Of a stretch of 56,388 bases of DNA, positions 23,829-36,779 are shown in pieces (the first letter of the stretch is position 1; every line of letters starts with the position of its first letter). Made by a program: the position numbers and the translations under genes. The stretch covers positions 1 to 56,388 of the forward strand of contig JALDZX010000089.1 in the NCBI GenBank assembly GCA_022813865.1, written 5' to 3'. The notes beneath the pieces are model-generated. The model ran no database searches. It was not told where the DNA came from and saw only the letters and a list, made by a program, of their open reading frames with translations. The stretch is from Xylographa opegraphella. Taxonomy: Eukaryota.

Positions 23829-26383
23829 ATGCTGTCTAGCGGAGGGCGTAAAGTCCAGAGACAGGTGGCACAGGCTTTGAGGCAGCAAGCATGTAGTCTT
23901 CCTCGCATATCTCCCATTCCGAACCGACATGCGTCTACCGCCATCCTCCGCCCTTCGCAGACGCACCACTGGCCACTGGATCGACGGTGGCAGGCTCGAC
24001 GGCCACAATCCAGTGCGGCTGCAGCCGTGTAAGCATGGTTTCACATAAATGTGATTGTGTGTCTAACACATTTCTAGGCTCGAGCAAGCCGCGGAACCGG
24101 AGAACCTGGCGCAAGAGACCATTATCGAGAACCTCGCCCCCCAAGAAGCTGCGCGCCTCGCACGGGTTCGCAACATTGGGATCGCTGTACGTTCCATACT
24201 GTGGGTTTTCTCTTGTCAGTGCTGACAACCACAGGCACATATCGACAGTGGCAAGACTACCGCCACCGAGCGCGTGTTGTATTACACTGGACGAATCCGG
24301 TCGATACACGAAGTTCGGGGCAAGGATGCGGTGGGTGCCAAGATGGACTCGATGGACCTGGAGAGGGAGAAGGGGATCACTATCCAGTCGGCTGCGACTT
24401 TTTGCGACTGGGTGAAAGTGGAGGATGGGAAGAAGGAGAAATACCACATCAATCTTATCGACACTCCCGGGCATATTGATTTTACGATCGAGGTCGAGCG
24501 GGCTTTACGAGTACTTGATGGAGCTGTTATGATCTTATGTGCTGTTTCTGGTGTACAGTCACAGACGATTACTGTGGACCGACAGATGAAGCGGTACAAT
24601 ATTCCTCGACTATCGTTTATCAACAAGATGGATCGTATGGGTGCCAACCCGTTCAAGGCTATCGACCAGATCAACCACAAGCTGAGGATACATGCAGCAG
24701 CTCTGCAAGTCCCAATAGGGTCAGAGGATAGCTTCCAAGGGGTGGTGGACCTGATCCGAATGAAGGCAATTTACAATGAGGGCGCAAAGGGAGAGGTTAT
24801 CAGAGAATCCGACGAGATCCCTGCCGGAGTGCGAAAGATTGCCGAAACGCGGAGAGCCATGTTAATCGAAACTCTTGCAGATGTTGATGACGAGATCGCA
24901 GAGATATTCCTTGACGAGCGGACGCCCACGGTTGAACAGCTCAAGGCCGCCATCCGGAGAGCTACGATCTCGTTGAAATTCACGCCAGTCTTGATGGGCT
25001 CAGCCCTTGCAGACAAGTCCATCCAGCCCATGTTGGATGCCGTATGCGACTATCTGCCCAATCCTTCGGAGGTGGAGAATCTCGCGCTCGACCGACGTCG
25101 GGAAGAAGCACCAGTCAAGCTCGTGTCGTACAACTCCCTACCGTTCGTCGGGCTTGCATTCAAATTGGAAGAGAGTAACTTTGGACAACTGACCTACATC
25201 CGAGTCTACCAAGGCTCGATCCGCAAAGGCTCGTATGTCTACAATGCCAAGACGAGCAAGAGAGTCAAGATCCCTCGAATCGTTCGCATGCATTCGAACG
25301 AGATGGAAGAAGTGTCGGAAATTGGCGCCGGAGAGATTTGCGCCGTGTTCGGGGTCGACTGTTCCTCTGGAGATACGTTCACCGATGGCACGCTGGGCTA
25401 CACGATGACGTCCATGTTCGTGCCGGAGCCAGTGATATCACTTTCCATCAAGCCGAAAAACAACAAAGACTCGAACAACTTCTCGAAAGCTATGAACCGC
25501 TTCCAGCGCGAGGATCCCACGTTCCGCGTGCACGTCGATTCGGAGAGCCTGGAAACCATCATCTCCGGCATGGGCGAACTTCACCTTGACATCTATGTCG
25601 AGCGGATGCGACGAGAGTACAACGTCGCCTGCGAGACCGGTCAGCCTCAAGTCGCGTACCGGGAAACGATGACGGAGAGGATCCCGTTCGACCACACGCT
25701 CAAGAAGCAGACGGGCGGTGCGGGCGATTACGCGCGCGTCATGGGCTGGATGGAGCCGACGGGCAACCTCGAGGCGAACGAGTTCCGGCAGGAGGTCAGC
25801 GGGGGCAGCATCTCGGAGAAGTTCCTGTACGCGTGCGAGAAAGGCTTCCTCGCGTCGGCGGAGAAAGGTCCGCTGGTGGGACACCGGGTGCTCGGGACGC
25901 GCATGGTGATCAACGACGGGGCGATCCACATCACGGACTCGTCGGAGATGGCGTTCAAGAACGCGACGAGCCAGGCCTTCCGCAAGACTTTCAAGCTGGG
26001 CCGGCCGCAGATCCTCGAGCCGTTGATGAAGACGACCATCACGAGCCCGAACGAGTTCCAGGGCAACATCGTCGGCCTGCTGAATAAGCGGAACGCGGTC
26101 ATCAACGAGACGGACATCGGGCCGGAGGACTTCACGCTGCTGGCGGACTGCAGCCTCAACAGCATGTTCGGCTTCAGCAGCCAGCTGCGGGCGGCGACGC
26201 AGGGCAAGGGCGAGTTTTCGATGGAGTTCAGCCACTACTCGCCGGCTCCGATGCAACTGCAGTGAGTGGTTTTTTTTTTTTCCGCCGTTGGTTCCCGCGC
26301 ACCGGTTGATTGCTAACGCGCACGACAGGAAAGAGCTCGTGGCGCAGCACGAAAAGGCGCTGGCGGAGAAGAGCAAGAAGTGA
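23829..26383 (+). CDS. MEF1: Mitochondrial elongation factor G1 (4 exons)
   Basis: A presequence-like first exon is followed by [15 protein letters not shown] across an intron, then [34 protein letters not shown] and [15 protein letters not shown]. The last exon ends at TGA 26381-26383. Confidence 0.97.
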
Positions 26384-27176
26384 TGGGGCTGGGGATCGAT
26401 CGGGTGTAATGCTATTAGCTATACAACATCCCGCTCTGGCGCTGGCGCATCATGTGAAAGGCAAACGGGGGTGCATTTCCATGGAAGGGCGGGTTCTATC
26501 AGATAGATAGCTTGGCCGACAGTTGATTGGGGCCATCGGCTGCTCACACCACGATGGAAGCAGCTTGCCCCTCGCGGTTCTCCTTCCCCTTGTATATCTT
26601 CGTCACGCTGGAACCCGAGTGCCAACAGCGCACGATCCAAGCCCAAGCCCCGATGGCGGAGACGTGCAACGGAGAACGCTTGGCGGGCGTGGCGTGATCG
26701 CCGAAACACCGACGCGATCGGCCCACGTGTCGATCCCGGCCGCCGTATCTGCGTAGTTACCGTGTATTTAAGGTTCACCAGCCCGCCCGCCGGCTCCAGA
26801 CTGCGGACCCTCTTTCCTCGGCCGGCCTTATCGGGCCAAGAGAGTGGTGGGCAGGGATGCCGAATGCGGGCGGCCCACTTACTTTTTGTTCAAAACGACA
26901 TTCACACCACTGAAAGGAAAAGGCGTCGTACGAAGGGGAAGGAGGGGGGGGAAAGGGAGCGCCAAGGGAAAATCGAACACAAGTCGCACGAAATGCGCCT
27001 TAAAGAAAATCGGGGTCATGCGGCCCTTTTCTTTCTTCCCTTCTTCCTCCTCCTCCGCAGTAATCCGTCTTCCTCTTCCTTATCACCCCACGAGTGATAC
27101 CCGCCAACACGACGTTTGTGCAAACTATCAGACTCACGCGTACTTGAGAAGCGCCATCCACTCGCTGTGATCCAGC

Positions 27177-27547
27177 ATGAATCAGAATCCGGCTGGAGGA
27201 GGAGGCGGTGGGGCGGGGAGTCAGGGCGGAGAGGATTATTTGGACAAAGGTATCGACGTGCATCTCCCATGCCTTCCTTCCCTATCCCCGCTCTCACCAT
27301 TCTTCCTTCCTCACCACCGCTGCTGCTGCTAACCCACACGCCCAATCCCAGCCCTCGACGCGGTGGAGAAGAAATTCGGCGGGCCCCGCAACCGGGCCAT
27401 GAACGAGAAGATCACGGACGCGATCCGGAATTTCTTCGAGAAGATCACGGGGTGAGTTTCGCTGGCCGGCTCTCTGATGGATGCGAGGAATGGAGGGGTG
27501 CTGATGCCGAGTCTAGGAAGAAAGTCCCGGCCAAGTTCTCGAATTAG
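27177..27547 (+). CDS. Small (67 aa) Gly-rich hydrophilic conserved fungal protein, 3 exons
   Basis: Exons 27177-27249, 27352-27451 and 27517-27547 are separated by introns GTATCG..GCTAAC..CAG and GTGAGT..GCTGAT..TAG. They splice to MNQNPAGGGGGGAGSQGGEDYLDKALDAVEKKFGGPRNRAMNEKITDAIRNFFEKITGKKVPAKFSN*. Confidence 0.85.
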
Positions 27548-28492
27548 CGTGGAGGTAGGGAGGAGATGACAGTTCGGGAGATAATACCCATGCCCATACC
27601 CCCTGTGAACATAATTGCGGGGAGGTCGGAGGTAATAGATGGGATGGGATTGGACGGATATGCTAAGGACCGGCTCGGAAGCGTGCAAAAAAATAACAAA
27701 AATAATGTGTTTTCGATGCGTGCGATTTCATCGAGGATGAGGAAACGCGATGTGGACTTTTGCCCCCCTCCTGCACCGCCGTCCACCAATGAGTGGACTA
27801 TCATCTCTCCGCACGAACTCCGCCCCACACCACCCATCCCATCCCTCCCTTCCTGCGTCAATTCCGCGCTCTTGGCATCATATCCTCCGTTGCCTCTGTA
27901 CCCTTCCCTACTACATTTTCGCATCCTCGGCTACCCACTCCCGAACGGCCTGCCTCTCCTACCACGCCCCCCCACCCCCTTTCCTCAACCCCCATTCTCC
28001 TCATCCCGAATCTCTACCCGTGTGATGGAGAAAACTCAACAGCGGGGACGGAAACGGGGCCGGTCGAGCGAGTGGGCGCTGCTGGCTGGGTAGGGTCAGA
28101 AAGTTATTTAAGGGGGGGGGTTACGGTGCGCGCGAGGGCGAGCGGAATGCAAGGGAATTAAACAATTGCACGAGCGAGGATCGGAATCCTGGTGCTGGAC
28201 GGCGTGGCGGGGAAGTTTATCGCTAAGGGGATACATGAGATAGATACACGGAAGATGGAAAATTACTCGGCTGTATACACCACCGCCGCCTTGCACCAAC
28301 ATGAAGGTTTCCAGCCGCCTTCTCGGAGCCATACCGCCGTGCGGGAAGCGGAGTCCGCCTGTCTCCATACCCGGTCGCGGATGACCCCCCGGCCAACGCT
28401 ATGTAGATACAGATGCAGAGAAACAAAGGTACGTGATCGCGTGAGGTCGTTGCTGCATGCAGCCGCCACCGCCACCAGGGCGAAGTCGAGCT

Positions 28493-31400
28493 CTAATTCT
28501 CCGTCATCGCCTGCTCCGCATCCGGCTCTGCCCGCTCTGCTTCCACGTCCGCAGCCGCGTCCGCGATTCGCTCGTGGAAGCAGATCGGTTGGGGTTCGTA
28601 ATGCTGGGCCTGGAACTGATGCCAGCAGCTGTGGATCGTTAGCTTCACACTGCATACCCGGGGGGGGAGCAGATCGAGAACGGCTGGGAGAGACTTACTT
28701 CGGAGCGTGCAGGACGTATCGGCCCATTGCCTCCCGGAAGCGACTCTTGTACTCCTTCGGGCTGGTCACCGTCGGTCTGTTCTTGCCTCGATCCTTCATC
28801 CAGCTCTCGAGCTTCTTGTCCCAGGTGTATGTTCGGATGCAGTCGATGATGCCCACCACCAACTCCTTCCGCTTCTCATCGATGGCGATCATCAGTGAGT
28901 AATCCATCACGTTCTGGCGAGACAGGAACAGCGTGTCGTTCCAGACACTGGCACGGAGCAACTTCTTCGAGTGCTCGCGCACAAAGAGCGGTGATTCGTA
29001 GATGAATTCTACCATATTCTCGTCGAGGAGAACCTCGTTCTGCTCGCCTGTCGACTGGATGCGGCGGTTGCGCATCGATCCTTTCAAGTCGAAAATCCGT
29101 GTCGGTGAGCGGTCGTAGAACAGGTTCTCCATGACCAACAAAAACCAATTGAACTCTACTCCAGTAACCGGATTCTTGATGATTATTTGATAAAAGCCAA
29201 GCATCTTCGCAATAACTGAAGGGAGTTCGTGGAAAAGAGCTTCGCTCATTAGTTGAAAATATGCTGGTGCGAAGCGTAGGAACGCTTGGGTCTCGATTTG
29301 CGACAGCGACTTGAGTACCAATCGGTCATCCAAAGTTTTCAGAAACACGGATTTCGTTTTTCCACCTTTCGAATCCCACTTCATACACCTCGAGAGAGAT
29401 TCTACAATACGATCCGTTACTCCGCATTTCCGCCGGACAGCGTCAAACTGCTCGGCATAGAATATCTTACACAACATCTTCGCAGAACCTTCTTGGAACT
29501 GATACTTCAGGTGTGTACCAGTACTCTGAAGCAAAGAAAATTCAATGCGCTTTTGCTCTTCGGTGGTCAGCAGCGGGTCATGTACGTAGCTCTTGTCATG
29601 CATAATCTTCGTATCTTTGCTCTTTTCCAATGTACTCTGCAATTTCGCTTTGTAATCCTCGGAGCCAAGAGCAAAGGCGATGAGTGAGCTCGGTTCGTCT
29701 TCGCGAATAATGATATCTGAATCTGCGAATATGTGATCCGATGCACCAAGAGGGTATTCTAGTGGCTGCCAACCACTCGCAGACCTTTCGGCCCAAAAGT
29801 TGGTCAAGATCTTCATGAGTGAGCTTTTCTCATGCTTAGGCAGATCGAGTTTAAGATGAAGTTGGGATTCACTAGGTGAGATCATCTCTTGAGGTTCGGG
29901 TACGTGTGGCATATTACCAAGTAGAGATTGCTCTTCATCGCTTTTCACCGTTTCACCTTCCGCGTCTGAATCAGCGTAGCTACCAACGTGCGTGTTATCA
30001 TCCGTCTCTGTGTATTCCGCTGCGGTGTCATCGGCAGTAGTGTCCTCGCCAGGATGATTTTTTGCATTATTTCCGTCCGGTAATTGTTCATCTATGTCCT
30101 GAGCCATCGCCTCCGCTGTCGTGGACATATTTGTTTGCTGGCTATTCGATTGTTCTGGAGAGTCGTCAAAATTTAGCGAGTCCGAGTCAGACGGCTCACG
30201 TTCTGCCACAGCGTCGTGCACATTACGGTATACCTCCACAATAGGCTTCGAAGCTGCCATAGGAAAAGCGCGGGCTTGTTTGTTCTTTGCAGCACGTTGT
30301 CGTCGTTCCCGTAGACGCTCTCGCTCGAATTCACGGCTAAGTTGTTCGAAGTGCTTCGCAAGGGTCGAAACTCTCGACTCTTTCCGTCGGTTTGCTATCG
30401 AACGTGGTATCATAGAGTGACCCGATGTTTTGAGAGCGCTCAGACCAAGGCGATCGGTAAGTTTTGTTTCGCTTTTTGTACTTGCATGGTCGGCGGCAGA
30501 TACAGCCAGGGACTCTGCAATAATGCTTGCTTCACGAGTGGAGTTATCGTCTCGGGTTGGAGCGGAGACTGGACCGCTGGAGTTGTTGCGGCTCATTTCA
30601 CGCTTATTCTGACTCGGCTGAGACTGAAATCTATGCAGACTTGGAGATACTGTGTTACCTATTTGTCGAAAACTGACATCAGCAGCCCGCGGAATACTCG
30701 AGACGTGAGCGAAGGCCGACGATGAAGTTGCTTTAAGTGGTGGTCTCTTTTCTGAAGTCTCAATCGGGATTTCTAAGTCCGTAGGGACACGTAGAGTCTT
30801 CTGGACAGCTACACTTTCACGTACGGTGGCTGGGCTGACAGGTCGCGTTTCCGGCAGCGCCGGATTAACCGCATCATGGAGCTTTTCTGGAAAGTTGATG
30901 GGGATTGCCAGATCTAGATGTTGAACATCCTCCAACGCGCTTGGCACACGCAACCTTTCGTCGTCCAAGGAATCGAGTGCTGGAATGGATGTTGGCGGAG
31001 CACTTTTGTAGCGATCTGAAGTCTCTTCGGCTTTCAGGTTACCATCTACTACAGAGCTTAGCACTTCGTGTGCCAGTTCAGGAGACATGTTCCGCCCTTG
31101 AGGAATGGAGGATATCGCGGAGTCAGTAGATTTCTTATCCGTCCATTCTTCTTCCGCAGCTGATGGGGTGTTTGCCCCTTCATCGGTGGAGGTCAGTGAA
31201 GTGACCGAATCATCTCGATCCAAGAATATTTTCTTAAGTTGTAGTGTAGCTAATCTTCTAATATCCTTCTCAGAAGGGAAAAAGCTGCGATCGAATTCCG
31301 CAAAAATCTCATCCCATTCAGCGACTTTCTCTTGTGTCAACCGAACGGCCCTGTTGAGCGGAACCACTTCGTAATATTTTGAACCCATATACTTGTCCTG

Positions 31401-34400
31401 CAGTTTACGAAGGAGAGCATGGTGGTCCTCTGCTGCACGTTTCCAGAGCCGGTCAACCTCTTCCTTAGATGCATCAGCTTTCTCAGGGATAACGCTATCC
31501 AGCCTGATACTCTTGATTCGATTTTTCACGGACAACATGAACTTGTTCAGTCGTTCTTCGGTTTTACTGAATACCTCGTTCTTAAATCTCAGGTCATTTG
31601 CAACTTTCCAAGTAATTCGGGTTCGTGGTACAACAATTTCGAGTATATTTATAGAGTCATACTGTACTCGCAAAGCCATATCCTTAAACCCAAAGTACCT
31701 TATATGGTCGCGATGAAGATCATGGGGACAAACCCCAGCCCTTGGGTGCAGTTCTGTGCTCCAGAATGAAAGCTCAAGATACTTCCCAAAGGAGTACTTC
31801 CATGTACTCTCCGACATAGGCATCACTTGGGTGTTCTTGTTGCATATTCTACAAGTACTCCACATCAGGATACTATCTTGCAGGCCTCGGAGCTCGCACG
31901 GATGGTGCTCCACAATCACGCTTAGCTGAGCACTTCCATGGACATACTGACGATGATGCTCAAACATCTTCCTCTCACACCCGTTCGCAGTACATACAGT
32001 ATTTGCTCCTAGACATAGGTCCTCGACGTACTGGCCTAGTGTACAATCTGCTTCAAAGTCCGCATCGGTTTCATGCTCGTTGTAAAATCCCAAGGCAAGC
32101 AGATCCGGTCCTGAGCATGGCACGGTGGTTACTGTGCAAACGACGCTGTAGAGGACTGCGATGTTCTGGTGGGCAAACGGATCAAACAGGTTTATGTTTC
32201 CAGAAAGGTATATTTCCCATTGCTTTTTTTGAGTGCGGTAAGTGTGCAGAGCTTTGTCGTATTCTGCATCATGTACTGCATACAATACCTCCCGGAATTT
32301 CTTTGAGATATTCGCAAAGTTCTCGTGAATCATCTCAGGCTTTATCAGCATAAATTTCTGTGGTTTTCCAATCTCGTCCTCTTTCTGTACTTCATGGAGA
32401 TCATGATCCCGCAGGCGCTTGATGTATAACAGTCGGCGCTCCTGTTCTCTTGCCTGTACAAGCAGATATGGCTGCATGAATTTGACAAAGGGAGAAGCGG
32501 ACAATATTTTCGTTTTGTGCTCCTCAACCATATCACCATAGAATGTAGGCATAGAAATATCGGCTGGAAGCTTAGTCTCATCTGTTTCCTCGATTCCATC
32601 CTTCAACAAGAAAGGAGAAGCAATTTTCAATAGCCTCATCGAGTCTGCCTCAGAAGTTTCTGCTGATAAAGGTAATACGTCTTTGCTTGTTTTGGTAGTC
32701 TCTGTAGCGGTTTCGGTGAGCACTTCGTCAGGCTGTGTATGTTCTGGCGTACAGCCCGTCGTTGTTCTCGCCATTTCCTTATCTGGTAAGATGGACCCTT
32801 CACCAGTATACGAGGGGATGAGCGCAAACTCATCTCTCATAAGACATGTCTCAAGCTTCAAATTGTACACAACATAGATCATGAATTCTGTAGTCCGCTT
32901 TATGTGGGCTAGTGTTGCCTCATCTCCACCACGGAGAACTATAGTGCAGCCGAGGTCTTTTGGACACCCTGACAGATACATATATGTCTTTCTCCTTCCA
33001 TCATGAACATACGTTTTAAGGTAGAAGCTTGCACACTTGCCTGGTTGACCCGACTTGATGGCAAGCTTGTCGACAGATGTAATAATCCTTGTTTGGCAAC
33101 ATCGTGAAATTGCTTCCAGAACGGAAGCTTTGACATTATACGCGGTAGCAATATGTGCTTGTTCTAGAAACCCAAGCGCAAGCCCGGAAACGTTGCGCTG
33201 AACGAGTAAGAGTTGGGGTCGAAGTGCAGCTATACGATGCACGAGATTCTGAAGGTATTCCTTCTCTTGTCGAATAACGGGTTCTAGGCTCATGAAGTGT
33301 TGTTGGTGTCGAGCATATTCGAGTGGAAAGGTAAGTATCAAGATACTGGGATTAGCAATGCTCCGCGGCATGCTTTTCAACGCCAGATTTTTGGTGAATA
33401 CAAGACCGGAAACGTAAGATGTGTCTCCTGGTCGGCCTCCGGGAATCTTTTTGAGTTTCACATAATGCCGGACGTCGATATCATCACCGTTCTGCACATT
33501 GGGATTCACATCATCCGTGGCTTGCAGCAAAATCGGCATCAGGGCCTTTTCCCAACGATCAATATTCGGAATTCCCGAATCCTGTAAAAGTTGACAAAGT
33601 AATTTACGCACGTGCTGGATGCTTGCGTTATTCAGTTCGACCGCTGGGGCATCTAGACCTTTCATAGAAGAGCTGCGGATCATCCGCAAGCCACCACCAG
33701 GGACATTGAGTAGGTCGAGAGCAGTATTGCTGGCACTTTCAGGCAGATAGGTGCTCATAGCAGGTGAAGCAGTACTGAAGCGATGAGCTCTAGGAGACGG
33801 TCGCAGATGAATATTGCTTGAGATGCTTAAATTACGAAGCTTTGGGATTCGAGGTGTACCAATCGGTCTTGTGCTCAATTCCTCGGCCTCGCGGTTCGCG
33901 ACGTTCAGACCCGCAGCGCCTTTGTCTCCCATCCGCGATCGACTCTTTTTTGTTGAAGCCAGAAACCCGGATAATGCATTTCGATCGTGCTCAACATTTC
34001 TACCTAAGCCATCACCATTCAATGCTGACATTATACTGACCTGTTCTTCTCCACTGGATTCATCGTCAGACAAGAAGGCTGCCAAGTCAGGATCAATGAT
34101 ATTATCGTCATGAAATGCGGGTAGTCTTGACGACTGCTTCGTCACGTCTTCAGGATTGTGCTGGAATGGCGCCATCTCCTCACTCACTGATTTGAAGCCC
34201 CGTTGCAGCAAATGCCGAGAATGGTAGCGTTTGTGGCTCGACTGAATGGGTCTTGCCCCTAAAGACGAAGACTTCAACGATCTCGAAGACCCCGGACGCG
34301 CAAGCCGTCTTTCCGACCCAATTTCTAATATGGCGGATCGTCGATTAGTGTCAGCCCCTATTCTACGAGTGGCAGGGATAGCAATCGTTGGAACAACATC

Positions 34401-36186
34401 TCCCTGGAGTTTCGGTTTTGTTTCCTTCTCACGACTTCGTTCATCAAGTGCTGTCTGAATTCGGGCTGGCGAAATATCGCTTGCACCTTTCGAGCCGTGC
34501 CTGGGCCTTAAGCCTCCATTGGCTATACTGCCGTCATCGGAAAATTCTGATGAATCATCGTTGCCATTGATCAGAAGTTCACACGGCTTGCACACTCTCA
34601 GTGTACCAGATTGGCCGAAAAGTTTCCCAGACACCAATGAAGTACATTTTGCATCGAAAATCTGGCCGCAAGTTCCTAACCAGGTTAGCCGGAGCCACGA
34701 TTGCTTCATATAGTAGACTCTTACTGCAATGATGCTTCCTTCTGAAGGTTGAAAACGGATCGCTACAATAAAAACAGTCTTTGGCATTCTCGTCTCTCAT
34801 CCAATACTCTTTACTGAGAACCTTACTTCTGATCTGAGAGAGAACAACTTCTCGTGGAGTCGCGCTGTTTATCTGAGTAGTAGCTGCTGCTTTAAATGGC
34901 AGTGCACTAGCAGTCGTCATCGCACTGCGATTAGCTTCCAATGGAGTTGTATGTATTGCACTATTAATCGAGCTGCCACCACCAGTATCAGTAGAAGAAG
35001 TCCGAGAGAGATTGAAGCCTTGAAGCGGGCGGGGATAGTGTGATTTAGAAGGGGCTAAGGTATCCCGTGATCTCATGTCAGGCATAGGAAAGCTGTTTTC
35101 AGCCGACTCCTGTATCGATATTGGCGGTATGATTAACTCGTGAGATTCTGAAGTGCTACCAGGACCATCAACATTGGGTACAGGATACTGCTTTTGAGGA
35201 TTCGATCCATCATTCTCAAGGTCTACGCCACTAATAGGTTGACGGCGGTCTCCTTTGAGCTCGCTCACACGGGTTGCTCTTCGGGATGGTACTTTGTTAC
35301 GCTCTACCAACGAAGGTTCCGTATTGTCTAATCCATGAGATTGGCGTATATTTCGTGGTTCTTCTTCCGTGACAGATGAACTTGTCGATGAATGAATTTT
35401 GGAGCGCAAAGCATGGTTGTCGATGTTCTTGAGGTGTCCTGGCGGTTGATCCACGTAAGACTCACTGCCTTCATATTGCCCAGTGACCTTTCGAAAATGC
35501 GCCGGTGCATCGTTTCGAGTTTGAGAAGTGCTGCGGCTGTGAGCATTGTTGCTGCTATTAGCATTGACATTAAGCTCGACAATAGCGGGTTCTAGGGTTC
35601 TAGAAGTATTGACTTGAATTAAAGGGCTCGGCTGAGGTCCAAAGCTACTCGCCGACGGAGATGATCCTGTATCTTGACGCGAGACAGTTGAAAGTCCGGT
35701 GCCAGGATCTTTCGAAGATACCTCAGGATCGGTGGAGCCCTTGCCTGCAGTTGTACGGTCTTCATCTAATCGTGGAGTTGCATTGGGTATAGTTTCCTTG
35801 GTACCTCTGCTGAGAGAAGCTTCATCGCCACCACTCTCCAACGGTGTTGACGTGGTGGACACAAGCTCTTTGCTACCACCGACGGAAGCCCGGAACCGGT
35901 TGTAGAGTCCGCTTATTCCTCCTTGAAGATCACTAGCTATGCCCTTCCCTTCTGCGCCCGAAGATGACGAGGGAGGTGTTGTGAACTGATTAAAGGTGGT
36001 CAATGTTGTCGACTGCGAAGCTACGGAATGGATTTGGTCGAGAGCATGGCTAAGGGCTTCCTTGTCAATCTGTGAGGTACTCGAGGTAGAAGCAACGGAG
36101 CCTCTGCGGGAACGACGATTGTTCAGAGGAAGGAAAACCGACGAGGTGGACGGGCTGTTTGTGGCCGTCTGAGAATTTGCAGCCAT
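28493..36186 (-). CDS. FAB1: 1-phosphatidylinositol-3-phosphate 5-kinase (PIKfyve)
   Basis: The FYVE domain (WMRDE..CFYC..FSTFRRKHHC/RTCGQIF) is split by an intron near 34.7 kb. It is followed by a CCT/TCP1-like domain (VKLKKIPGG), a Cys-rich region and the C-terminal PIPK domain (GGKTKSVF, FDLKGS, DTLFL..NVMDYSL, GIIDCIRTYTWDKKLE). The last intron is 28698-28629 and the stop is at 28493. Confidence 0.97.
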
Positions 36187-36779
36187 GATGAGACGGCCAG
36201 ATCATAACGCATTCTCCAGACATCATCGACTCCAGCTAAAGTGAGCATTCGCTTCCATTATATTGATGGTTGATTTGCAGGATCGGCAGACAATTGTACT
36301 GGCGACTGTCATGAACACAATTGAACCCTCATTATCCAATTGCAGCAGATTCGTCCCGAGAGTATGGTAGAACCCTGAAATGTAGAGCACCAAGCAACAC
36401 AGTGATCGACGTCAAGGTTCTGTCGGCGGTGCCGACGAGAGAACAGTCAACGTACGGAGTGTCTGGATGAAGAAGCAGTATTCCGTAATGACTGTCTCGG
36501 CTACAGCCGTTTGCCGAGGCTCTAGAACACTTTAAAGCTGCAGGGATAAGCTCGATAAGATCGTGCTCATTCGCGCCATTTTAGCTCCCGCTGCTACGCG
36601 CACGCGACTCCGCACGTCTCCCTCGGGAAGCGAGTCTGGCGGCTAGGACATGGGACTCAATGATAACGATTGTGAATGCGTGAAATTTTGTGTGACTGTG
36701 TTGAGTGTTAGCTCAATCTCCTACCGAGCAGTACTTCAGTATCTTCACCCATGGAGCCCCCTTCCTTCATCATGCAAAG

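Noticed and set aside
25438..28902. Many long overlapping or antisense ORFs (e.g. 25438-26376 minus, 28192-28902 plus)
   Set aside because: They are shadows of GC-rich sequence with few stop codons, opposite or beside MEF1 and FAB1.
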